DNA from: the human T2T-CHM13v2.0 reference genome, Homo sapiens
DNA length: 64,000 nucleotides
Direction: 5' to 3' (one strand)
Assembly: GCF_009914755.1 (NCBI RefSeq)
Contig: NC_060933.1
This document shows, piece after piece, positions 16,773-31,405 of the stretch (position 1 is the stretch's first letter; each line of letters starts with the position of its first letter). Made by a program: the position numbers and the translations under genes. The notes under the pieces are model-generated. The model worked only from the letters and a program-made list of their open reading frames with translations, was not told where the DNA came from and did no database searches.

Positions 16773-17710
16773 CAAACATACAGTCTTACTGGATCAAGGG
16801 CGGAAATTATTTCAGAGCTCTGGTTAGAGTGAGGAAGGTACACGTGGGAGGATTATGGGCCCTAAGTTTGAAATCGAGAGGAGGTGATGGAGGGAGGGAA
16901 ATGAGTGGGGGAAGAGCCAACAGATGGAGACACACTCCACCTAAATTGCCCTACCCTGGGCCCTTTCCCGGCTGATGATTAGAGTGTTAATGCCCATACT
17001 TTGAGGAGGGGAATAGAGGCTATCACTAGGTCTGAAACAAGAGAGCTAAGCAGAGCAGAGAGGAGCATGAGCATTGGAGTAAGTCAGACCACTTACTATT
17101 TTGTGACCAGAGTAAGTTACTGAGCCACAGTTTTCTTATCTGGGAAATGGGAATGGTAATTGGTTAAGGGAGATAAACAGCCTATTTCACAAGGCTGTTG
17201 AAAATCCATAAGGAACCTTTGGGGTACATTGCCTTGTATCAGAATCCCTTTATAGCCAGGCAGAATGCAACCGCAAGGCCCAGTGAGGCCTGCTGTTCTA
17301 CAAAATTAAGCAAAGTAAATTGGTAACTTTGGATTTACTTAGCTAGTGATGAAATAACAGTTTAGTTAATAGGCTATTAGTGGTCCCCAGGTGTTGGTAA
17401 TTCTGAGCATTTGCTTTTAAGAGCAGTCGTATAATTTCTTCTGGTACTTTATATATGTAAATTTATATATACATGCATATGTATATGTATTTTTAACAGA
17501 AAACATTGAAGTATAACAAACTGTGCTCTCAGAGGCTATTTTTGGGAGGGTTAAATGATATTGTGCATATTAAACATTTGTTACGCCTACAGTAAGGGCT
17601 CAATACAAGTTATCTGCTATTATATTATTGCTATCATTATTATTACTCTGAGACTCAACTGGCCACATGTAGGGCAAGAACCTTTGTGAAATTTAGACTC
17701 CCCACAAGTC

Positions 17711-17743
17711 CACCACCACCTAGTGGCAGCTAGAGGTACTGCA
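17711..17743 (-). promoter_or_regulatory. Candidate CTCF site with upstream motif
   Basis: Minus strand reads TGCAGTACC-TCTAG-CTGCCACTAGGTGGTGGTG. Confidence 0.6.
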
Positions 17744-18095
17744 CACATCTTGAGGAAGAATTACATTGCTTGGAATTAATTCCATGTAATTTCAGTCCCA
17801 CCAAGGATCACAGGACCTTTGTTCAGAGTGTGGCTTACTTACCTCAGAGCTGAAATTCATATATCATTAATCAATGAAGTGACATTTTTTACTTCCACAG
17901 TTGGCACAGAATAAAAAAACAAAATAGGGAGATGGACATGCTCATGTGCTGTTAATAGAAATGTAATTGGTGTAACATTTTACAGGGACAAGTTGGGGAT
18001 ATAACATAAGTCTTAAGTGTTTTTATCTTTTGGTGGAGAAGTCCTAGGAATTTATCTTGAAGAACTAAAATAGAAAAAAGAGATTTATTTAGAAA

Positions 18096-18130
18096 GTGTG
18101 TGTGTGTGTGTGTGTGTGTGTACACACACA
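18096..18130. repeat. (GT)n followed by (AC)n microsatellite
   Basis: gtgtgt...gtgtacacacaca. Confidence 0.9.
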
Positions 18131-19125
18131 TATAATGTATATGTAAAAGAGCATTACATATAACAACAAAATGGGGAGTAATCCTTTTTTCATTTGTGAA
18201 TCAGAGTTCTTAATCCTTACAGCAGCAATTCTTAGAAGTGGGGAAAGTTGGCATATTGACATCTGGAGCAGAGACATTGAGGTTAGGGAATTGGATCAGA
18301 ATCTGCTGTGTAAGCTGTGTAATTTAAGAACAGGCAGTGTACCTATTGATTTCCTAACAAAAACTACAGAAAGTTAAGCTGGACATAGACATCTTGGCAG
18401 ATAGAGATAATACAGAAGAGAGATATTGTACAGGGTGTATGTTAATAAATTTCAGTTTGGGGAACATTGATTCATAGGGAATAAAAGTATGGGTGAAGGT
18501 AAAAAATTAATTTGGGACCTTTGAGGAAGAAGGAGCCTGGATTGGGTATCATTGTATGGATATTAGAGCAACATGATCAAAACAGAAGCATGGGAATTTA
18601 GCATTATAGGGACACATCCCCAAAGATAAATGTCCGCTCATTTAGCTTTGCTCAGGATCTGAGGGCCAAACCACCTTTGACATGTGTCCGAACCTCCCAG
18701 TGTCTGATACCTGATGTGTCCAGTATGAATGTAGAGCAGGGTACCTGGTATTTGGAGATACGGATTACCCTCGTACTTCATTCTATTAATAACAACTTTT
18801 AGGATGAGGCAGTGCGTAGTGAGAGACCGTGATCAGGTTCTGTCACCCTCATGTAAAGACCACACTCCTTGGCGTCAATTTGAAGGGTCTCTGATCTGGC
18901 CCAGTCCTCTCCAGCCTCAGTCAAACAGATTTCAGCCATTCACAACTACAGAAACCCCTTCCCAGGCATAGTGCGTGAGTAGCCGGCTTGAAATAGTGTG
19001 ATTCAAAATTAGTGTACTGTAAACTTAAAAGTCACAGCCTCCCCTGCCTAATTTTTTATTATGGAATTTTAAAACATAACAAAGGTTGAGAAAATAATGA
19101 ATCCTTGTGTACATATGACCTTTGA

Positions 19126-19495
<370 letters not shown>

Positions 19496-20218
19496 GTTCC
19501 TAATTTTTTGACATGATTGGTCAGTTTTAAATGGACTGCCTCATCAGTATCTTGATGCATGCCTGTTACTCTGAGAAATCAGAGGCTTGGAGAATGTAAG
19601 AAGGACTGGGAATACGTAGGCCCTTCCCAACTAGGGGAACGATAATGCTTACTTTATTGCCGCAGTCAGTGTTGCTTAGCTACATTTTTGCCGTAACATA
19701 TTTGAGAGGTTAATTTTATAGGAAGCTTTCTGTGATTGAAAGATATGGGAATAGCGTGCAGTCCTAAAACACACATAGGTTTCATACACTTCACTGGAAG
19801 AAGACATTCACTAAGCACCTGTTGTGTGAAACATGCTGACCCGGCACTGTAGAGGATGACAAAGTGACTTATGGGAATCATGGTTGAATCATTTGGAGTG
19901 ACCCAAGGCAAGAGGCTGAGAAACAGCTGTGGAATGATTCTAAGAATACCAGACTCCTAGGGCAGTCCAAGCTCTGGACTTTCCATGTCACCATCTTTGT
20001 GATCTTGTGCAATCCACTTCACCTTTCTGACCCTTTCTTCTCTCAGCTGGAAAGAGACTTGAGGAATGTAAAGAGGGACACTGGACTCAGTCTCTTAAGT
20101 GCCTAGGCCCTTTCACATCTGAAATTACATACATTGTTTACTTAGGATTTTAAAAAACAGCCCGCATACCTGAAGGATCACAGACTCCAACCCCTCATTT
20201 TAAAGATGAAAAAACTGA

Positions 20219-20861
<643 letters not shown>

Positions 20862-21012
20862 ACATCATATTTTATATTTGAGTACACGGTGGCTTCTTTT
20901 GTCCTCAGCTGTGACAAAAGTTTTGGAAAGCTGTTTAGTTCTAAAACTGGCTAACATGATTTGGGGGAATAATCAGTTCCCTAATATTAAAGAAAAATCA
21001 ATTAACAAATCA

Positions 21013-21438
<426 letters not shown>

Positions 21439-21573
21439 TCATAATTCAACCTTAATGGAAAAGAAAGTACTGTATTTCAGACAAGGGAATCAAGTCAGGA
21501 ATTAAGCTTCAGTGATTTATAGGCATTGTTTTTGCTGGAGTTGGTAATCATTGCTTCAAACTTCCTTTTACAG

Positions 21574-21606
21574 GATAGCTAGCGGCCAGGAGAAATACAG
21601 TGGAAA
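21574..21606 (+). other. MSANTD3: MSANTD3 exon 2, 5' UTR part
   Basis: Acceptor cttccttttacag|GATAG at 21573/21574, 33 nt before the ATG. Confidence 0.85.
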
Positions 21607-22024
21607 ATGCAAAACAACGAAATTATAAAGCCTGCCAAATACTTCTCAGAATTGGAAAAGAGCATCCTGCTGGCTTTAGTAGAAAAGTATAAATATGTGC
21701 TGGAATGTAAGAAAAGTGATGCGCGAACTATTGCCCTTAAGCAGCGTACCTGGCAGGCGCTGGCCCACGAATACAACTCTCAGCCCAGCGTGTCCCTGCG
21801 GGATTTCAAACAGCTGAAGAAGTGCTGGGAGAACATCAAGGCTCGGACCAAAAAAATTATGGCCCATGAAAGGAGAGAGAAAGTGAAACGGAGCGTCAGC
21901 CCTCTCCTGAGTACCCACGTCCTAGGGAAGGAGAAGATCGCCAGCATGCTGCCGGAGCAGCTGTACTTCCTGCAGAGCCCCCCGGAGGAGGAGCCCGAAT
22001 ACCACCCCGACGCCTCAGCCCAAG
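21607..22024 (+). CDS. MSANTD3: Myb/SANT-like DNA-binding domain protein 3, first coding exon (aa 1-139, ends phase 1)
   Basis: [83 protein letters not shown] is a trihelix/Myb-SANT-like domain recognised as MSANTD3; donor CAAG|GTATCC; 418 nt. Confidence 0.96.
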
Positions 22025-22194
22025 GTATCCGTTCCTGATGCCAGTGTGCACGCTCTCACTGGGTATCTGTTTGACATTTTAATTTTAAAACCCTCCACTT
22101 TGAGGGAACTTCTAAAAATGAAACTTTTGTATCAAATCCAATTTTCCTAATTCAAGATCTCAGGATTATATAGGACATTCAAAGTCTTATAGAA

Positions 22195-22529
<335 letters not shown>

Positions 22530-22785
22530 TCATTGTGCTAGCTCTCTTGGAGACTTTATTATTACTTAAACATAAAGAAAAATAAGGGACTGGATTAATG
22601 GAGTTCTTATTAGTGAGGTGCTGCAGTTGCCTATCAGCCTGTCTCAAATATGTTAAAGAGAATTGTATGAAGATTTGTATTCATCCACTCAATTTCACTT
22701 TTTTCAAAAAATATTTTTGGAGGTCCTTATTATTTGCAAAGCATTGCAGTAGGCCACTCAAAAGGCCATATTAAAAGAGTCAACT

Positions 22786-23080
<295 letters not shown>

Positions 23081-23901
23081 GAACTATTTCAAACTTTAAA
23101 AAAAGTGCAAAGAATAATATGATAAACGCCTGTTTTAGCATTCACCCAGATTAAAAACCAGCATTTTTTGCCATTATACTATTGTGATCCACAGTTTTGG
23201 TTTGTGGCACCCCAGGGATCTTGAAAAGCTCCAAAAGAAATTAACTTTAAGTTTAATATACTTCCATTAAAAAGAGAAAAATATGTCATACATAATTCTT
23301 GGGGAAAAAAACACTGTCATATAATGAAGGATGCAATGATAGTGTGTCATAGCTTCAAAAGGTTGGAATTTAGGGGCTATTGAAATGTCTCTAGGCAAGG
23401 GGAGGGTGGAAATGCACATAGATAAATTTCCAGAAATTCCTGCTTCTTTTCAGACAGGAAGTGGCCAGTTTATATAAAAATTAATTGCAGTTTGCAGAAG
23501 ACAGACATTGAAGCAGAGGATGTTTCCTGGTGGGGGACAGAGGGTTGTTCATAAGGTGCTTCAAGGACCCAGCAAGCACTTCCCCAGGAAAATCTGGTTC
23601 TCAGCTTGCAGAATGGGAAATTCAATTGTCAGTGCCTCCAGAGTAGACTGAGCTCTGAGGGACTGGCTCCTGTTAATTAAAAGTAACAAGAAGCAGTCTA
23701 AAGCCAGGAATGTTATCTGTGTAGAGTGGAAAAGATAATTGCCAAGTGAATCAAATACATGTTTTTGATTAGCACCTTTTTTTCTGTCCTGTAGGCAGAC
23801 GATCCTGGAGAAGCAAATTATGATCAAAAGTTTGCTTACTGATCATTTGACCAAGGTTAAGTCCAGGAAGCCAGTTGCGTAACCATAGTGGTTTATGTTA
23901 T

Positions 23902-23957
23902 GAACCTCATGCATCGATTTCCAGTGTGGGAACCTCATACATCGATTTCCAGTGTGG
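23902..23957. repeat. 28-bp tandem duplication
   Basis: gaacctcat(g/a)catcgatttccagtgtgg twice, one mismatch. Confidence 0.95.
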
Positions 23958-24992
23958 GAATGTTGTGTCTGAGTTTTGATCCCTGAGTTCCCAAGCCAGG
24001 GTACCTCCTAGCAGACAGTTTATGGGGGCTCTGTCAGCTCTCTCTCTTATCACTCCTCATTGCTGCTTCTGTAGTGCATGGGCCCCCACAGCTAATTAAT
24101 GGTGTCCTTGTTTTGGAGATGTTTATAGCTTTAGCCAGTTACTCTGTTCCTCTCCATCTTGCTGGCTTCAGAGCCATTCAGCTTCTGTGAGGTTGTGGAG
24201 GAGTGTGCTGGGGGAGGGAAGGAATGGATCAGCAGGGCTGCTCTTTACATTGCTTATGTTCCCTGGGAGATATTGCTGAGGACCATGCTGGTGTGAGCTG
24301 CCTTCTGTTCATTTTGCAAACCTGTGATCTAGATTATTGTGTATTGAATACATAGGGTTATTCTTAGGGGGCCTGGACAGTCTTGTTTCCCCATTTTCAA
24401 ATTCTGGGGTGGGATCTAGGGAAGTTCATCCCACAGAGTTTTTTCTCTTTCTCTTTGGAAGAAATGATGTAATTCATTTACTCATAAACGTAATTTATAA
24501 ATTTTCAGCAAGAAGGGAATAAAGGTACATTCTCAGTGTTTTTCTTATAGTAACATTTAATAGTGACTCAAGTATAAACGGATTTATTTTAAATTGGATG
24601 TTTGTACATAGATGACACTGGGGACTTCCCTTTTTGCTGGTGATTATTAAAGCATAGCCAAATGCTCCTTGCTCCTGTGTCCAGGTCCCATCTGGAGGGT
24701 GGTGGAGAACCTTGGTGCTTTGTCATTTGGGAAGTGTGTCCAAAGGTAATCTGTTAATACTAGTAGGTAGGGTACTGGTACTCTTTCTATACAGTAAAAC
24801 AACTTTGAGTTCATTTCACTCATTTTGCATTTCAGTTTTCTTTCAAGAAAGAAAAAGAAGCCTGGAATTGTCAATCATCCTTTCTGGGACTTGGTAGGAA
24901 AAAGGTGGAAAATCTGCTATAGAGTTATGGCCCTCATTACATCTTGTGTATTTGACATAAGGAATGTGTGTGTGTGATCTTTCTATTTCTAA

Positions 24993-25305
24993 CACTGTGC
25001 TGTCTAATACAGTTGTCACAAGCCACATGAGGCTCATAAGCACTTGAAATGTGGGTAGACCACATTAGGATGTGCTATAATTGTGCACACCACATTTTGA
25101 AGACTTAGTACCTAAAAATGTAAAAAAACTCATTAAATAATTTTTATATTGTTACATGTTGAAACAATAATATTTTAGATATGTTGGATTAAAAAATATA
25201 TTACCAAAATAAAATTTCACCTTTTTTTATTTTTCTAATGTTGCTCTGAGGATATTTAAAATTATATAAATAGCTTATATTGTATTTCTGTTGGACAATA
25301 CTGTT
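24993..25305. mobile_element. hAT-Charlie MITE (MER33/MER3-like)
   Basis: Imperfect terminal inverted repeats ctgtgctgtctaata ... tgttggacaatactg and internal agccacatg..agcacttgaaatgtgg. Confidence 0.7.
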
Positions 25306-26210
25306 CCAACACCTTACAGGGTACCTGTTACAGAATTAGGTACTCAGAAATTTATTGGAATTTATGATAAAACTGTTAAACAGGATGGACTCTAATAGTA
25401 TTCCACTAGAGGCCTCCCTGCAACTACTTTTTGGTATGAGATAGTTTCAACTGTGTCATCTTGATCACTGTCCCTTGGATATACTTAGCTTTGTCAACAA
25501 CTTTCTGAAAATGTCGATCTGCATTCGAACACACTAGTCTTAAAATTTAAGTATAACACTTAGGAATATATTGATATTTGCCAAAAAACCCCAGTATTTC
25601 CTCCTTAAATATATTAAAACAATTTACACCCTGCAGATTTTATGATGTGTGATAATTTGGCTTTGACACTTATCTTCCATTATTTTGAGGGCAACTGTGT
25701 ACAGAACCAACTAAGGGAGCCAATAAAATTCGCTAGGAGTGGCTGGGAGGCTAGGATGACCAAAGGTCAAATACATTTAAGAAAACTAAGCTTTAGTGTA
25801 GCACCTAGATGTCTTAGGATAATTTATATTTAATTTCACATTCTGTGCTCTAAAGTGATACTTGATAACTGTGAACATTTCTTAATAAATGCCATTATTA
25901 TTACTGTTCAATCCTAATCTTTGGGGGTGAGATCTCTGGTACCAGAGGGCTGAGTTACACTTCCAGTCATGGCACCCCAGCCTCACTGGTCTGTGAAAAG
26001 CCTTTCTTTTGTTAGTTACGTGTTTGTTCTATTTTTATTCCATTCTTTCATTCTCTTCTCCTGCATCTGAATCATTCTAACGCGCTTGCATATCCTTTTA
26101 CATGTGTTTTGTGTGCATCTATTTTAAATTTATGTAGATTTAAATTTGTGCTAGGGATACCATTTTCTCTCTTTTTTCACTTAGAATACTGTTTTTAAGA
26201 TCAATTCCTA

Positions 26211-26510
<300 letters not shown>

Positions 26511-27576
26511 TCAATTCCCACTGCAGTGTGTAAGTCTAGTTTCTTTCTTTTAATGTGTTATATATACTCCATAGCATGCATCCACACATCTTATTTATCC
26601 CCTTTCCCAGTCAGCCCTATTTCCTGTATCTGGGGTTTGGCCTGTTTACAGTTTCCTTCCCATCCTTTTGCTGTCATAGTAGGCTTTTCCTGCTGATATT
26701 AAACTTACTCCAGTTGTCCAAGTGAAAGAAAAGCCCCTTGGCTTTCCTGGTCCCAGGAAAGCTGTTGGGATTTCCTACCCTTTTTGCATAAGATTGAGTT
26801 GTTTTCTCCTTCAGGTGGCTTTGTTTTTACCTCTGAGAGAGATTACATGGTGTGTATTTGCAGCACAGTGCCATTCCTAGGCTAGTCTTTTTCCAATTAA
26901 GACAAGATTCTTCCCATCTGAACAGTAGTTTCTATTCATTGGAGCTAATATGTGTGTGAAAGTTAATTAACTATACCATTGAGCCTCTCTAGTTTAAAGC
27001 CCTGTTTTCTGCCAGAGTCTTCTTAAGAGGCCTGGCTTTTTTTTCCTTTAAAATTTGGATGTTAGCACACATTTAAACTAAAAAGAGTAGTTTTAAAGAA
27101 GAGTCATTTTTCTGCTCCCGGACACAAACATACTGTCTTTTTATGTTCACAGCTCTAGAAATTTAGAGATCAAAATGCAGGATACACGCCCATATTCTTA
27201 ATAAGAGATGGTTTTTTAGTGGATACAATTTGGAGGCTACATTTTAAGATATGCAAGTGATCAGCTGAGCAAGTGGAAGAGTGGGAGGCTGATTATTGTA
27301 GTGGTTGAGTTTGGATTTTGGAGTCATACAGACTTAGAATCCTGGTTCTTTCAACTAGTCATGTGACCTTGGATATTGTATTTGGTTTTCTATAATAATA
27401 CCTCCCTCATAGGGTAAGGATTAGATGAGGTAATGCTATAAAGCACTAGCCTAGGACCTAGTTAGCTGCTCAAAAAACAGTAGGTGCTATCATCATCATT
27501 GTCATCACCATATCATCATCAGGTCTCTAAAGCCTGGAATTGTTGAGATGAAAGTGAGCCTTTAGAAATTGGAAGA

Positions 27577-27890
27577 GGCCGGTGCAGTGGCTCATGCCTG
27601 TAATCCCAGTATTCTGGGAGGCCAAGGCGGGCCGATTGCTTGAACTCAGGAGTTTGAGACCAGCCTGGGCAACATGGTGAAACCCCGTCTCTACCAAAAA
27701 TACAAAAAATTAATCAGGCTTGGTGGTGTATGCCTGTAGTCCCAGCTAGTTGGAGGCTAAAGTGGGAGGGTCACTTGAATCTGGGAGCCAGAGATGGCAG
27801 TGAGCTGAGATCACGCCACTGCCCTCCAGCCTGGGTGACAGAATGAGACCCCATCTCAAAAAAAAAAAAAAAAAAAAAAGAAGAAGAAGA
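27577..27890 (+). mobile_element. Alu (AluJ-like)
   Basis: Dimeric Alu with A/GAA tail. Confidence 0.88.
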
Positions 27891-30221
27891 AATTAAAGAA
27901 ATTGGGCGAGACAGCAGCATTGTGAGGGGATGAACTTTAAGGACTCAGAGGAGTATCCAGAACTATCCCCTGGAATGAAATCAAAGAGAAAAGAGACTAG
28001 AAGTACCACAAAATGTCTAATGTGTCCAGTCTTCAAAGAAGACATTTTCAGATCCAAAACTAGAAAGGAAACAGGTGAGGTAATGCTCTTTGCAGTTGAA
28101 ACTCACACCTGAGGGCCCTGTTCTCAGTGTTAACCCTCTCCCATTCCTTTGTCCTGTGCCTTGGTTACCCACACAGAGCACTGTTCCTTCTCCATGGTTG
28201 GGCGTGTTGGGAGGGATGTGACCCACTGCACGTAATTCACCCCATACACATTTCTTACATGCCCAGCACTATACCAGGCCCTGTGCTGGGTTCTCCATGA
28301 GGATGAGCAGAAGCAATCTCTGTCTTCAGAGTACTTAGAGACTTGAAAGGGAGGTAAACTGCCAGTTTTAACAAGTGTTCTGCCAGAGGTAGGCCCAGGA
28401 GGCAGTGGGAGCATGAAGGAAGAGCTGTCTTTGAGGCCAGAGCTGTCTCCAGGAAAGATTTCCAAGAGACATTTTCATTATTTCTGGATGGCACCGAAGT
28501 ACTTTTTCTTTTTTTTTAAACTTCTCTTCCAGAAGTAAGATTTTTACCTTTTCTTTAATCGTAATTAGGGACTAGTTATGATTGTTACTTTACCTCTTGG
28601 AGTGGAATAATTAAACAGTAGCCATTTTCCTTTTATTAACAGGGTATTATGAGTTAGGTTTCCCCCAGTACCCATGAACATTCCCAGCATCTCATCTTCC
28701 AGAATAATGGAGTGGACGTAATAATGTAATCAACTATGTTAATAAATTGGCATTGTTTTTCTCCAAGGAGAAGATGCTTGTTATTGGAAATGTAAAGCTT
28801 CTCAAGAAAGCCTTAGAGTCACAGCTACAAGACTCCATGGGTTAGTGGAGTTAGTGGTTTCCTTATTGCAACTCCCTAATTGACACTGATGTTACTGCTC
28901 TAATAAAAAAAGCAGGGCAAACATAGCACCTACCAAACGTGGTATCCTTTTGCATCCATATACTCTTCCCTTTATATTCAAGGGTTCAGCCAATAAACAT
29001 TTACTAGGCATCCATTGTGTACCAAACAAAGTAATTAGTGCCCAAGGATTAAAAAAAGAGAATGTCATGGTGCCAAAACAATACTAGTGTGTGTTAAGTG
29101 CTGTAACAGAAGAGTACATATAAAGGAGAGACCTGAGGTTTCACAGAGCAAGCGGCATTGGTTTTGAATGAGTAGGAGTTGGGGGGAGGTTAAAAAAGCG
29201 AGACTACAGTAAGTGGAGGGACAGATAGCCTAACTTTAAGCAGAGGGAACAGTGAAACAGAATTATGAAAAAAAGCATGACCTTATAAAGGATGTGAGTA
29301 GCTTGTGGTAGGACTGAAGGGTGAACAGGGCATTTGGAAGAGTCAGACAAGAAAGAAAGGAAGGTCAGAATCAGGTTATGAGTTTACTTAGGGCAGATAA
29401 GAACAGAGCCACAGATGGGAACCCCCAGGAGAATATGAAAAGGTAACAGGTGAGTAGAGCAAGAGTCTCTGTAAATCAAGAAGACTTGAGAAGGAGCAAT
29501 CAGAGGGGAAGGCAGCTTAGAAATTAGGAGAGTCATGGTTCAGAAGCTAATGGAGGAAAGAAATTTCAAGGATAGTCAAGTACCAGGGACAGGTTAAATA
29601 AGAGGGACATTGAAAACTCCCCAAATGGCAGTGCTGGAGAGTAAAGAGAAAACGTATGTGAGGGAGTTAAGCCAGGGAATGTAGACTCATCTTTCAAGGA
29701 ACAGCATTTACAAGATGGCTCTCCAGGGTAAGGGCTAACACCTGTGACCAGGAAACAGCAATAGCACTCTTGCAAAGATTACATATACGTGTTCATAGCT
29801 GAATGAGAAGTTGGCAAAGCATGATCAGACTGATAGAGAACTTAATTTGAAGATCCACACTGGCCTTGCATTGTGGTCCTACGCTCATCAGAGTTGGGCA
29901 TATTTCAGTTTAGAATATCAACATAAAAAGGTCTCTGATTCTTGATAAAAATGGTTTCTGACCACGGATCCCATACTTTGAAGTTCTAGAAATAACCTAA
30001 CAAAACCCCTTATCATTATTTCTTAAGAAAAAATTGCTTTTGATTTGTGGGTTTTTAAAAAGTCAGGTGTGGCTAGGGTCCCTGTAGACATGAAGACCAA
30101 AGCAGACATGATTTTAGATACATCCTGTAATGAAGGACCCTGTCATTTGAAATAGGATTGGTTTTTTTTTTTCTCTGCCTGTAAAATCTTTGAACATATG
30201 TTTTCTGCTACTGTTTTTCAG

Positions 30222-30631
30222 AATCATTTGCTGTTTCAAATAGAGAACTGTGCGATGATGAGAAAGAGTTCATACATTTTCCAGTATGTGAGGGGACCTC
30301 TCAACCTGAACCCTCGTGTTCAGCTGTCAGAATAACAGCCAATAAAAACTACAGGAGCAAAACCTCTCAGGAAGGTGCTTTAAAAAAGATGCATGAGGAA
30401 GAACACCATCAACAAATGTCCATCTTACAACTGCAACTGATACAAATGAATGAGGTGCATGTGGCCAAAATCCAGCAGATAGAGCGAGAGTGTGAGATGG
30501 CAGAGGAGGAACACAGGATAAAAATGGAAGTTCTCAATAAAAAGAAGATGTATTGGGAAAGAAAACTACAAACTTTTACCAAGGAATGGCCTGTTTCCTC
30601 ATTTAACCGGCCCTTTCCCAATTCGCCCTAA
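30222..30631 (+). CDS. MSANTD3: MSANTD3 last coding exon (aa 140-275), helical/coiled-coil C-terminus
   Basis: Acceptor ctgtttttcag|AA; phase-1 join gives ...[15 protein letters not shown]...PFPNSP-stop; 418+410=828 nt = 275 aa plus stop, open throughout. Confidence 0.95.
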
Positions 30632-31405
30632 GACTTTGGGGGTGGCTCTCTTGTAATTAATCTGTGTTGGCAAAGAATGTCTGGAACATGGACTTGGCGG
30701 TCAGTAACCTGTAACAGAGCTACAACTAGGAAAATTAGAGTGGTAGTAGTCACTTATTTAAGAATTCATTCAGGTAAACAGCTGCACCCTCTGTACCCCT
30801 TAAGTGGCAAAGAAGCTGTTATAGTCTTCTGAAAATTATCACTATGAGTGCTATAATTCTGAATATAATGTCTCTTAATTAGAATTCATACAAGAATCAC
30901 GTGTGAGTGTTGTTGTTGTTGTTTTTTTTTTTAATCAAATGCAAGTGTGACTATAAAGGAGTGTGGCTGATTTTTTTTTTTTCTTTTTTCTTTTTAAACA
31001 GACAGCAGAACTTTTCTATCCAAATGAATGCCGTCCCATGGAAAGTGGCTGTCCTGGGAGGCTACACGTTTCTCCAATGGTGATGCTGTTGCTCAGAACT
31101 TGCTAGAGGTCTTTAGGGAACCTCCGTGAGAGCTGCAGCACCTTTTTAATTTTCTCGGTGTCATCCTCTGAGTATGGATTTTCTGTTTTTAAACAGCCCA
31201 AAGTTTAGAAGGGTATTTTCTAATGTGGCTCATAAACCACCTTTTAAGGCCTTTCCTCAAACAGGAGTTCTAAATAAGTCTCCAACAATAGTAGTTTTGT
31301 TGGAGCTAAGGATGTAACTACTTTGAGGGAGAAATGTTCGTTTAGATTTCTACATTCTGTTATGTTGGTTTTATTAAAAAAAAAAAAAGACTTGCAATTT
31401 TATAG
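30632..31405 (+). other. MSANTD3: MSANTD3 3' UTR (end approximate)
   Basis: Follows the TAA, free of Alu, ends near ATTAAA and a GT/T-rich element. Confidence 0.6.
31373..31378 (+). terminator. Candidate polyadenylation signal ATTAAA
   Basis: ATTAAA with T-rich upstream sequence and ctgtgtatgttttt about 35 nt downstream. Confidence 0.55.

Noticed and set aside
23902-23957. Short direct repeats as a possible CRISPR-like array
   Set aside because: Only two adjacent copies, no spacers, mammalian context
25401-25418. CCACTAGAGGCCTC CTCF-like sequence
   Set aside because: Mismatches in the 3' GGGCG part and no upstream module
30341-30541. Two AATAAA hexamers in the last exon
   Set aside because: They lie inside the CDS (Asn-Lys codons); use would truncate the ORF and nothing supports it
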